64,000 bases of DNA, from contig OY970166.1 of the NCBI GenBank assembly GCA_963706595.1, forward strand, positions 768,001 to 832,000. The letters are read 5' to 3'. Source of the DNA: an uncultured cyanobacterium. Lineage in GTDB: Bacteria; Cyanobacteriota; Cyanobacteriia; Cyanobacteriales; Nostocaceae. Shown piece by piece: positions 19,653 to 29,948 of the stretch (positions are counted from its first letter, which is position 1; the number at the start of each line of letters is the position of its first letter). The translations under genes and the position numbers were made by a program. A model generated the notes under the pieces. That model saw only the letters and a list, made by a program, of their open reading frames with translations. It was not told the DNA's origin and searched no databases.

Positions 19653-20781
19653 GCAAATATATACCAACTATCGTCTCCAACTTCCAGATCAAGAAATCCT
19701 CGGTACTCTTTTAGTTCGAGATGGAATTATTGTCGATATTCAACCAGGGGTAGTTAATAGTGGACAGAATGGCCAAGGAGACTATCTCCTACCAGGATTG
19801 ATTGAACTCCATACAGACAATTTAGAACGCTGTATGTCTCCCCGTCCAGGAATTCGGTGGCCTTTAGAAGCAGCAGCCGTTTATCATGACCGAGACTTAG
19901 CCAGTGCTGGAGTCACAACAGTATGTGATGCGATCGCTATTGGCGATATAGCTGCCAGTTCCCCCCGTTTAACTAACTTTGCTCCCATGATTGATGTCAT
20001 CTGTCAGGGACAAGCAACAGGACGCTTTTCTGTCGAACATCGAATACACCTGCGCTGTGAACTAGCTTATGAAGAGGTTTATCAAATTACCGAAAATTAT
20101 GCCAATAATTCCCTCTTGTCAATGATTTCCCTGATGGATCATACCCCTGGACAAAGACAGTTTATCAATCTAGATAAGTTCAAAGAATATTACATGGGCA
20201 AACATGGAGTGACAGCCACAGAAATTGAAAACCTCATCATAACTCGGCAACAAAAACAACAAATGTATGGACAAAAAAACCGGAAAGCTTTAGTAGAATT
20301 GGCTCAAGCTCAAGGTATTTCTTTAGCTAGTCATGATGATGCTACCGTTGATCATGTGCAGGAAGCTGTACAAAATGGAGTAGTGTTAGCGGAATTTCCC
20401 ACCACCATAGAAGCAGCAAAATCCGCCCATAGTTCAGGTTTACAAGTTTTGATGGGTGCGCCTAATTTAGTCTTGGGTGGTTCCCACTCTGGAAATGTTT
20501 CGGCACTGGAATTAGTTTTGTTAGATTTAGTAGATGTGATTTCCTCTGATTATGTTCCGCAAAGTTTGTTGCAATCTATTTTTATCATTGCCCACAAAAC
20601 TGGGAAACCTATTTATGAAGCCATGAGATTATTTACCAGTAATCCAGCCAAATCTATTGATTTATTTCATAATCGTGGCAGTCTAGAAATTGGTAAACGG
20701 GCTGATTTTATCACTGTTCATGATGATGGCATTGTACCGTGTTTAATTTCCACTATCTGTCGAGGTCGTCGTGTTAGCTGA
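19645..20781 (+). CDS. phnM: Alpha-D-ribose 1-methylphosphonate 5-triphosphate diphosphatase
   Basis: PGLIELHTDNLE, HLRCE, MDHTPGQRQF, ASHDD, GGSHSGNVSA, SSDYVP. Confidence 0.96.
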   Translation: MNEQIYTNYRLQLPDQEILGTLLVRDGIIVDIQPGVVNSGQNGQGDYLLPGLIELHTDNLERCMSPRPGIRWPLEAAAVYHDRDLASAGVTTVCDAIAIGDIAASSPRLTNFAPMIDVICQGQATGRFSVEHRIHLRCELAYEEVYQITENYANNSLLSMISLMDHTPGQRQFINLDKFKEYYMGKHGVTATEIENLIITRQQKQQMYGQKNRKALVELAQAQGISLASHDDATVDHVQEAVQNGVVLAEFPTTIEAAKSAHSSGLQVLMGAPNLVLGGSHSGNVSALELVLLDLVDVISSDYVPQSLLQSIFIIAHKTGKPIYEAMRLFTSNPAKSIDLFHNRGSLEIGKRADFITVHDDGIVPCLISTICRGRRVS

Positions 20782-20822
20782 TGCCGAGTTCTAGTAATTG
20801 TATTTAAATTGTGAGGTAAAAC

Positions 20823-21434
20823 ATGGATTCAATTACAGTGTTACCAAATACCACGATTGAAAATCGAGGATTAGTATCTGAAAAATTTCTCAATCACGGA
20901 ATTAGTAACTTTCACCAAGCTTGCAACTGGGTAAAAAACCTCCCCTATGGATTTAACTCCAATACCGAAAACTCTTTAATTATTTTTGCCGAAAATTGTG
21001 GAACTTGCACGACAAAACACGGCATAATAGCTAGATTAGCTGAAGAGTTAGGATTAGACATATATAAAACTCTAGGTTTTTATCGACTGAATGACGAAAT
21101 CATCACTGGTGTTAACAAAATCATTCAGCCCTATGGTCTAGATTTTATTCCTCAAGTACACTGCTTTTTAGCATATCAAAATTTCAGAGTAGATTTAACA
21201 GCAGGAAATTGCAACGGTAAAAATAAACCAATAGAGAAATATGATTTTTTTGTAAAAATAAATCCAGATTTAACAATCGAGCAAAGCGAGAAATATTATA
21301 TAGAACACTTAGAAAAATATTATTTAATTGAGCCAAAACTTCAAGAAATTGGTTTTTTTCAAATATTACGAATTCTAGAAGAATGTGATCGACAATTAAA
21401 ATATCAATGCTCATTAATGTTTGAGAGTGCTTAA
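20823..21434 (+). CDS. Uncharacterised protein, possible transglutaminase-like Cys-His-Asp fold
   Basis: LPYG..N, GTCTTKH, VHCFL, VDLT. Confidence 0.55.
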   Translation: MDSITVLPNTTIENRGLVSEKFLNHGISNFHQACNWVKNLPYGFNSNTENSLIIFAENCGTCTTKHGIIARLAEELGLDIYKTLGFYRLNDEIITGVNKIIQPYGLDFIPQVHCFLAYQNFRVDLTAGNCNGKNKPIEKYDFFVKINPDLTIEQSEKYYIEHLEKYYLIEPKLQEIGFFQILRILEECDRQLKYQCSLMFESA

Positions 21435-21502
21435 TTCCTCTGAAACGCTATACTTTCGCGTAAAGTTTTTTTCAGGAGAAGGATACAAATTATATTAGAC
21501 TA

Positions 21503-21560
21503 CTAGTGCCGCAGGGCGGAAGTCAAAAATAAAAAATTTATTTACGTCGTACTGTACTAA
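21503..21560. repeat. CTAG-family small repeat (copy 3, shortened)
   Basis: ctagtgccgcagggcggaagtcaaaa...atttacgtcgtactgtacta. Confidence 0.55.
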
Positions 21561-21570
21561 TTAGTTAAAA

Positions 21571-22194
21571 ATGAAAGTTGGTGTTGCCCTAATTCCTAGC
21601 CCTGATACTATCGAATTAATTATAGAATTACAACAAAAAATCATAACTATCTGCCCGCTTTATCCAAATTGGGGCAAGACATTTAATCTTCCTCATCTTA
21701 CACTTTTACAAGGAAGATTTGATAATTCTATTAACTGGCTAAACTTAATTCTCAATTTGCAAGATTACTGGCAAAAGCAACAATATTTGCAAAAACATCA
21801 ATTAATTAAATTAGAATATCAATCACCAGGATGGTATTTTTTAATACCTCACCAGCAACTTATATTTTTGGAATTACATAATTTTGTATTTTCAGCTTTA
21901 AAAAACAATCTCATCGTTAGTGAAGAAGATTTAAAGAAAGATATTTCATTATATGATAATTTAGAAAACAATAATTATATCAAGTACGGCTATCGATATA
22001 TTGGCAATGCCTTTTATCCCCATATTACTTTAGGACAAACTATAGATAAATCTAGAGATCCTAACCAAGATGATTGGATACATCTAGTAGAGTCATTTAC
22101 AACCAAACATATCATCAAACTTGAAAGAATAACTATTTATCAAGTTGGTGAACACGGAAGTCATGCTCAAATTTTATACTCTGTAAATATTTAG
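21571..22194 (+). CDS. 2H-phosphoesterase (2'-5' RNA ligase/LigT-like) family protein
   Basis: Two HxT motifs, PHLTL and PHITL. Confidence 0.75.
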   Translation: MKVGVALIPSPDTIELIIELQQKIITICPLYPNWGKTFNLPHLTLLQGRFDNSINWLNLILNLQDYWQKQQYLQKHQLIKLEYQSPGWYFLIPHQQLIFLELHNFVFSALKNNLIVSEEDLKKDISLYDNLENNNYIKYGYRYIGNAFYPHITLGQTIDKSRDPNQDDWIHLVESFTTKHIIKLERITIYQVGEHGSHAQILYSVNI

Positions 22195-22216
22195 ATACAA
22201 GATTATTTTAATAATC

Positions 22217-22582
22217 TATAGGAATCCGATTTGATTATTGAAAAAATCTAAGTATATGTAGGGTGTGTTATGGCTTTAGCCTAACGCACCGTCTTCCAGG
22301 TCTTGGTGCGTTACACTTCGTGATAACACACACTACTGGACTGACAAGCTTAAAATAGTGCATTAGATAAAAGCAGAAAACATTGATTTATCTCAATTTT
22401 GTCAAAAATCTATTGCAACATTTTAGCCTTGTCACCCCACTACTAGCGTGGCAAGCTTAAAATAGTGCATTAGGAAAAAGCCGAAAACATTGATTTATCT
22501 GAATTTTCTCAAAAATCTATTGCAACATTTTAGCCTTGCCACGCTACTACGTGTATTTCATAAATCAAATATGAATCCTATA
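22217..22582. mobile_element. Nested MITE complex: outer TATAG..CTATA element, REP-like hairpin, two tandem 103-bp TIR units
   Basis: Units 22337-22439 and 22444-22546, each bordered by CTAC. Confidence 0.75.
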
Positions 22583-23111
22583 CAAATATTTTGCATATCA
22601 AGTTTAATGAGAATCTCAGTATTTTAGAGGTACTGGGATTTTGGGCTTTTTAAGTTTCAGGATATATGTCAATTTAGTTATTACTTAAAACAAAATTTTT
22701 AAACTTCCGTTAATCATTCATTAATGAACATTTTACCAAGTTCTAGTATTGTGTAAGTGAGATTAAAATTAAATACTCGTAAATGTTACTAAACTTGTTT
22801 AGTAGTACGTTTAGAAAAAAATATCTGAGCAGCTAATAACAAACTAGAAGACATAAACTACAAGTATCGAATGTTCAAAAAACTTATCCAGGTAGATGTA
22901 TGTGAAATCAGAATAATATTTACTACTTGCATTTGCCTTAAAACTTGAGCATAGGAGTATTGGGCTTTATTTATAGATGCCAAAACTCCAAAAATCAAGT
23001 ATCTAAAAACAAATAGATTTTGTAATCTTCAACAGTTCAGTATTCGTTGGTTAAGCTTTGAAAAAACCTCTGGAACTGATGTCACTTAAATATATTAAGG
23101 AGCCAAAATTA

Positions 23112-23182
23112 ATGGTTGTATCTCGTCGTACACCACTGCTTTTAGGTCTAGCAGTTGTGCTAATAGGAGCTATAAGTTCATG
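23112..23182 (+). pseudogene. 5' stub of a probable lipoprotein gene cut by an ISAs1 end
   Basis: AAGGAG RBS; MVVSRRTPLLLGLAVVLIGAISS(C) signal peptide. Confidence 0.5.
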
Positions 23183-23995
23183 CAGGGTTAGCGCATCTCA
23201 AACCCTATTGACAGTCGGATTCTAGGAGAGGATTGAATTTGGGAGAGATGCGGCCAAAACAGAAAGCATATACTGATCATTCATAGCGGCTCGCCGTGAC
23301 TTTTGGCGAATACTGCGGCGGAAAGATGATTCTCGCTCTAAAGCATTAAGAGCAATGCGACGTAGCAAAGAAAAATTCTGTGGACTGTGCAGAGAACGAA
23401 TTCGACATTCATCCTCATTGAAAGTGACATCTAATGTCCAATGAACAGAATTTTCAATCCCCCAATGCTGTCGAATTGCACTACCAATTTTTTGGGCATC
23501 ACTGGTAAGACTAGTAATGTAAAATTGCACCTCCTGGGTAGTTTTATTCCAATGCTGAATCGAACGCACTACCATCACAACTGTTGTGAGTCCTGTCCAC
23601 AAATCTTGTTCATAAAGAGCAGGAAGTTGTGACACTGGTACGGTGTAAATCTGACGCTTCTCGATGCGGTGATGTCCTTTTTCGATCCGTTGATTCCTAC
23701 TCACATCAACATCTTTAAATCCATTGGATTGGGCTGTTTCAAACCAAGCTTTAACTTGCTGGTGCAGTGTAGGATGATTATCTTTCAGGCTCAGAATATA
23801 ATCCGCATCAGCCGCAATAATTTTCTGGGCAATCGATTTTTGAGTCCCCATCGCATCAATAGTAATGATGCAGCCAGAGATGTCTAGCATTTCTAACAGT
23901 GCTGGAATTGCGGTGATTTCATTAGATTTATCACTGACTTTTGTTTGTCCCAAGACCAAACGGTGTTCACTTGACCATGCACTGACTGTGTGTAA
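23183..23995 (-). mobile_element. ISAs1-family element, 3' part with right TIR; transposase 5'-truncated
   Basis: KSNEITAIP, IITIDAMGTQ, HWGIENSVHW.LDV.F.ED; end CAGGGTTAGCGCATCTCA. Confidence 0.9.
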
Positions 23996-25588
23996 CCCAC
24001 ATTCCGCACCCTCGACTGTCACACATCAAGAAAAGAGCCTCCAAGTAGTACATGGGAACTAAAGCAAATTAAAAGTAAAGGGGCTTAATCAGAATTAGTC
24101 TTACAAAACCAAACAACTGCCAATTAGCAAAGCTTTCAGGTAAAAACGAGGATTGCAGGCGGAATATGAAAATCTAGAAAAAGTTTAGAAAAATTAATTG
24201 TTAACCAAAATAGAAATGAGAAAATTACTACAGAATTCATGGAGAATCCTGTAGTGATGTTGAATCTAAAAGAAATCCAAATCCAAAATATAGAAAAGTT
24301 TAGGCATAGTAGCAGGAATGGTAGATGCCATTGGATTGGTAGAAATAATTAATGATTTAATAGGTGAAGAAAAAGGAGAAAAGGTCAGCCCTGGTCATGC
24401 TGTCAAAGCCATGATTTTAAATGGCTTAGGATTTGTATCTCAACCATTATATATGTTTCCCAAATTTTTTGAAACAATACCTTGTGAACATTTGATAGGA
24501 GCAGGAGTAAAACCAGAGTACCTAAACGATGATAAATTGGGTAGAGTCATGGATAAACTCTTCATTAAAGGACTAGATACAATATTTTTGAAATCAGCAT
24601 CTGGAAATCAAGTAGATTCATCATGCTTTGGACAGATAGCGGTTGATTATCAAAAACAAATAGAAGTTGATAGCCTAATAGTTGCAGACTGCGCTTTATA
24701 TACAGAATCAAATATCAAATTAATGTCTGACTTAAAGTGGCTCTCTAGAGTACCTTTAAGTATAAAAATAGCACAATCATTGGTATCGACTTTAGCAGAT
24801 TCGGAATTTGTCGAAAGTGAATTATCAGGATATTCATTTAAAGAAAATCAAATAACTTACGGAAACATAGAGCAAAGATGGTTGGTCGTGCAGAGCCAAG
24901 TGAGAAAAGAATCAGACCTGCGTAAGCTGTCACAAAAAATTATCAAGGCTGAAGAAAAAGCTGTTAAGGAATTGAAAAAGTTATCACAAGATAAATTTGC
25001 TTGTGAGGCTGATGCTATCAAGGCGTTATCAAAAATATCAAAACAATTTAAATATCACCAAATTGAGGAGAGTAACGTCAGTGAAATCACATCAAATAAA
25101 CAAGACAACCAACCAGAGAAATTCTACCAAATCTTCGGGACGGTATCCAGGAATGAAAATCAAATTAACAAGGAAGTACAGAGTGCAGGTAGATTTGTAA
25201 TTGCCACGAATATTTTAGAGTCTACTATACTCAGTAACGACTCAATGTTAAAAGAATATAAAGCACAGCAATCATGTGAACGGGGATTTGGGGGCTAATT
25301 GATGTAACAGTTAGTTGTCAATTAATATGTTTAAAATCTAGGTTTGTCGCTTGTATATATTAGTAAAATTGCGAATTTAGAGGTTTAGCATAGATATTTA
25401 TCTATCAAATTATCATAAATTTAGTTCTCATTTTTATTGCTCCTTATTGACAATACATTCTGATGCTATTTTGTCAGATTAATGACTGGTCAAAATCTTT
25501 TCTCCCTACAAATGTCTGATTTTATTTTTTATTTACATTTTTCTTTCAGTAATTACCGATTGTGACAGTTGAAGGTGCGGAATGTGGG
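23996..25588 (+). mobile_element. IS1634-family element with both TIRs and a decayed transposase (ORF 24318-25298)
   Basis: 28-bp TIRs; VKAMILNGLGF, LNDDKLGR, GRFVIATN, YKAQQSCERGF; N-terminal frameshift, internal deletion and C-terminal truncation. Confidence 0.88.
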
Positions 25589-25912
25589 TTACACACTATT
25601 TAATGCAATTATTGGAGTTGGATATTAAAAATATGAGGCGATCGCCACATAACCCGAATTTGTGAATACAATTCTCAAACCCTTGTAAAATCTAGATTCC
25701 GGTTCTTCAGACTGCATCGAACAATAACCTGTCAAAAATCCCCAAAATATCTCCTGGGTAAAGATTCTGGGTAATTCCAACTCTGTAGTTGTAAGAAATG
25801 CGGGATAACACATAAATAAATCGCTTATGGTTCGCCTACGATTTCAACTGTTCAACAAGAAATATCTCAAATATTCTGTCGCCCAGCCACAAGTTCAAAA
25901 ATTGCCGAGGCT

Positions 25913-26428
25913 TTATCTCACTATAGGTTCAGCCTTTTCAACTGAATTATCATTCACGCCCAAAGTCAATTCCAAAGGTGTTCGAGACGGGTATGCTTTC
26001 ACCACCTGTCGGTAAACTTCATAGTTGGTGGGTAGTGTTCTTTGTTGCTCACCCTCTTTATAGGTCAGTTGATAATTGACATCTTTCAATAATTCAGGTT
26101 TACCTACCTCTTCTTGAGGTTTTTTGCGTTGTTCTACTTCATCGACACTTGGTTTTTGTGGCACAGTTGGCCACCACAGACCCAAGTCATCTGGCCCAAC
26201 AACTGCTGCTGATGGTTTTAATCCATTTTGATTTAACACTGAAGCATTTGCAAAAGTTTCAATCCGTGGCTGTGGTGCATTCGTTAAGTTATTGGCATAT
26301 TTTACTTGCCAGGTATAACTGGTAAGCGCTGTAGCTTCATACTCTTCAGTAGTAACGATGCTACAACTGGTAAGTGTGAGCGCTGTTAGTGCAGTTATTA
26401 AAGATGGTAAAAATGTCAGCTTTTGCAT
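25913..26428 (-). CDS. Hypothetical lipoprotein
   Basis: Lipobox LTSC; 171-aa ORF. Confidence 0.7.
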   Translation of the reverse strand: MQKLTFLPSLITALTALTLTSCSIVTTEEYEATALTSYTWQVKYANNLTNAPQPRIETFANASVLNQNGLKPSAAVVGPDDLGLWWPTVPQKPSVDEVEQRKKPQEEVGKPELLKDVNYQLTYKEGEQQRTLPTNYEVYRQVVKAYPSRTPLELTLGVNDNSVEKAEPIVR

Positions 26429-26764
26429 TATTCCTAAATTGTTGATATTTTTTCAAAAATTATTAAGCTAGGCGATCTGCTTTGCAGCAGCGCTGAGTGC
26501 AAAGCAAACGCTCCGAGGTAAGCGCAGCTATGCCCGTCAGGGCTTTACGCTATCGCGCAGCGCACCGAAAGGAATCGCAATCAGGGCATTAAACTTTAAT
26601 TTGGATTATTGAAGTGAAGGCTGGTGCTGAAATTTTTTTCCTCGTAAACTAAAGCAGCATTCTCTAAAACATTGGCAGCACACAAATACAATGTGGCTGA
26701 TGGGCTTGTCAATTACCAAAGAAAATACACCCTATCAGGTTGATTTGGCAACCAATTAAATTAT

Positions 26765-27132
26765 TTACCATTCAGTTACGGCAATAACTTTATCAACTTC
26801 TGCTAATTTCTGCTGTAACAGAGAGCGCATTTCTTGGAGTTGTTTACTACTGGCTCTGGTGAGTAAATCTTCAGAAATTCCATTAACTTTTTGAAGTATG
26901 GTTTTTATTTCCTTTAACTCTTGTTTCTGTGACTTCAAATACTTGGTCTTAATTTTTCTAATGAGTTCACGAGTTTCTGCTACTGTGAGATTTTTCTTTA
27001 AGACTTCATCAGTGGCCGCCATCCGTTCAGAGGCTGCTTGATTTTCTGATATGTCTAGTGTCTTAGCAGAGAGAGTTGCCAACGCTAAAGCATGAGCGCC
27101 TTTTAGTCCCTGTTCTCGAATTGCCTGTTTTA
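26765..27132 (-). pseudogene. C-terminal fragment of a ParB-like protein cut by IS630
   Basis: QAIREQGLKGAHALAL..NLTVAETRELI; first codons of the listed ORF lie in the IS TIR. Confidence 0.55.
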
Positions 27133-28184
27133 CAGCAATTTTCAGGTAAATAGACCACAGTGGTTGAACCAACCGAAGGCATCATCTTCGGTAATATAAT
27201 TTACAGCTTCATCCATTGCTTGGTCTAGTGATTCCGGGGTACGTGCCTCACAGGACCGAAGAAATTGCTTCAGTTTTGACCAACAAAGTTCGATAGGTGA
27301 TAAATCAGGAGAATAAGGGGGTAAAAACTTGACTTTGGCACCGACGGACTCGATAGCAACTCTGACACGTTCGCCATGATGAACCTTAAGATTATCCATG
27401 ACTACAATTGCCCCTTTCCACAACTGAGGCAGTAAGACCTGGGTAATATAAGTGAGAAATACTTCAGTATTTGTACTCCCTGGTACAGTCATCGATGCAA
27501 TCAGCCCATCGAGGTTCAAAGCACCAATCAAAGAAACATTTCCACCCTTATTTCCAGGAATACTACCAACGGCACGTTCACCATTTACGGCTCTGGCAAA
27601 CAAGCGTGACATTGATAAATTTATTCGGTGCTTCATCGACGAACACTAAATTTTTAACATCAATCTGATCTAACCAACGTCGATAGTCATGTCTTAACTC
27701 TTGCACTCTTGGAGTATCTTGCTCACTGGCATAAAGACTTTTTTTTTACACCGTAAGCCTAATTTTTCGATGGCGCGATGCATTGTCGGAATACTCACCC
27801 TAATTCCTGTTTTTTCTTGATAGCGATGGGCAAAGCCCCGCCGTAGGCGATCGCATAATTCTCTAAGCAACAAATCATTTTTCTCCTCCACCAAAGATTG
27901 GATGATGCTCAATTGCTCGTTTTGAATTGTTGGTTGTTGGTATCCTCCACGTGGTTTGGCCTCAATTTGTCCGTTTTGACGATAATGACGCAACAGATTT
28001 CGCACAAAAGACAAGCTGACCTTAAACCTTTGAGCCAACTGACGTTGAGAGCCTTCCTTTCCTTCCCAAGCTACAATCACACGACGACGCAAATCACCTG
28101 AGTACGATACTGGCATCGAATCTAACAATCACTACTTTCATACCTTACCGCACTTTGTGGTTCAATTACCTGAAAATTGCTGTA
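27131..28184 (-). mobile_element. IS630-family element with TA ends; transposase inactivated
   Basis: TIR TACAGCAATTTTCAGGTAA; A9G slippery site at 27738-27747; VFVDE/MDN/LPPYSPDLSPIE; extra frameshift near 27627; 24-nt insert. Confidence 0.9.
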
Positions 28185-28538
28185 AATTGCTGTACAGTCT
28201 TGTGGTTATGCCTGCACTGAAAGCAGAGGGTGAGTAGCAGAGGAATTTAGCTGTTGCTGCAAGGCTTTGAAGTATCCATCTCTGTTTTGAATGTACGATG
28301 CTTTGATGTCGGATTTTAAAATACTACATCTGTGATGATCAAGAAAACTACTATGATGATTAGAACACAATTTATAGCAAATTGCTGTAAAGCTCTAAGG
28401 TCATAACTGTGGTTAGAGCGCTTGTGGTTTCGCTCGTAGAAATATTTATTCACATCTTGCACCCGTCGCAATAACCCGCCGGAGGTTGAAAACGAGCTTG
28501 TTTATGATGATTAATCACTCTGATTATTTCCAAATTTC

Positions 28539-29813
28539 ATGATGATAAATAACTGGTTTGATGCAGCTAGGCTAGGAATGTTTATTCATTGGGGACACAG
28601 TTCCCAACAAGGATGTGAGTTATCTTGGCCGTTAGTGGGGGGTGTCTTCAGTCTTCCTTTTTGCCAAGATATTCCAGTTGAAAAATATCACCGCACATCT
28701 GATACTTTTAATCCCCAGGAATACAAACCTCAAGAATGGGCAAATTTAGCAAAAAGTTTAGGGATGCAATATGCCGTATTAACAGCCAAGCATCATGATG
28801 GGTTTGCGCTCTTCCACACCCAGGAATCAGAATTTTCCATTGCATCTGCACCCTATAAAAAAGATATTGTCCGTGAATTTATTGATGCCATGCGCTCTGA
28901 GGGATTGCGTATAGGGCTTTATTTTTCCCTTAGTGACTGGCATCATCCTGACTATCCGGCTTTTACAGAAGCGGATAAACCTTATCGTTTTGACCAACTC
29001 CCTCAACCCACACCGGAACAATGGGAGCGATATATTCAGTTTTTGTTTAATCAGATCAGAGAATTATTGACTAACTATGGTCAGATTGACATTATTTGGT
29101 TTGATGGTAGTTGGGAAAGGACTCCAGAGCAATGGCAAACTGAAGAATTAGCGAAATTGATTCGTGATTTACAACCTAATATTCTGATTAACGATCGCCT
29201 GCCAAATTATGGAGACTTTGCAACTCCTGAGCAATTTATCCCTCCCCAACCTCCTAAGCATCTTTGGGAAACCTGTCTAACTATTAACGAGAGTTGGGGA
29301 TATAACCCTGATGATTGCCAGTTCAAATCCTCTCGTCAATTAATCCATACGTTGTGTGAAGTAGCAGCAAAAGGCGGTAAACTTTTACTGAATATCAGTC
29401 CAATGGGCAATGGCAAAATCCCACATGAGCAGTTGGAGTGTCTGCAAGATATCGCTGAATGGATGTCTAAGAATTCTGAAAGTATCCTCGATACAATCCC
29501 AGGATTAGAACCCTGGCAATTTTATGGCCCTTCAACTCGTAAAGGCGTTCGCGCTTCGCGTGCCGAAGGCGATCGCATTTATCTACACCTGTTAATGAAA
29601 CCTTATGAAAGCATATCGATTAGAGGTGTACCAATTAAACAAATAAAATCGGTGTATCTTCTTGCTGATAGTACACCACTAGATTTTACCAGTCGCTGTG
29701 CAATTATGGATTCTATTCTCAATCCCAATCCTTTGGGAGAATTAACAATTGATGTCCCGGAATCAGTAATTGATCCCTTTGTGACAGTGATTTGTATTGA
29801 TATTGAATCTTGA
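28539..29813 (+). CDS. Alpha-L-fucosidase (GH29)
   Basis: LGMFIHWG, TAKHHDGF, IWFDG, INDR, WETC.T...SWGY. Confidence 0.92.
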   Translation: MMINNWFDAARLGMFIHWGHSSQQGCELSWPLVGGVFSLPFCQDIPVEKYHRTSDTFNPQEYKPQEWANLAKSLGMQYAVLTAKHHDGFALFHTQESEFSIASAPYKKDIVREFIDAMRSEGLRIGLYFSLSDWHHPDYPAFTEADKPYRFDQLPQPTPEQWERYIQFLFNQIRELLTNYGQIDIIWFDGSWERTPEQWQTEELAKLIRDLQPNILINDRLPNYGDFATPEQFIPPQPPKHLWETCLTINESWGYNPDDCQFKSSRQLIHTLCEVAAKGGKLLLNISPMGNGKIPHEQLECLQDIAEWMSKNSESILDTIPGLEPWQFYGPSTRKGVRASRAEGDRIYLHLLMKPYESISIRGVPIKQIKSVYLLADSTPLDFTSRCAIMDSILNPNPLGELTIDVPESVIDPFVTVICIDIES

Positions 29814-29948
29814 GCCAAAAATATTTGTGTTGCTGATTGATAATACAATACAGTTCAGTTAAGCATTTCTTCCTTATACTTGAGGATAAAATGTGATGAG
29901 GCGCTGCTTACTTTGTTACTTGCACTCTACCGATAAGAAAAACACAAC

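Noticed and set aside
22337..22550. Possible CRISPR array
   Set aside because: Two long near-identical units with no unique spacers, and no cas genes in the window.
23222..24022. 266-aa ORF (and its copy 32600-33400) as a full ISAs1 transposase
   Set aside because: The start codon lies within the IS1634 TIR and the N-terminal domain is missing.
25561..25590. GTGCG as a group II intron 5' end
   Set aside because: It is internal to the IS1634 TIR; no domain V or reverse transcriptase.
25625..26015. Short ORFs 25625-25813 and 25827-26015
   Set aside because: No recognisable motif; possibly decayed sequence but unsupported.
28185..28200. TGTACAGT as a Tn7/CAST end
   Set aside because: It arises from a 10-nt duplication of the IS630 TIR tail; no TnsB-site repeats or tns genes.
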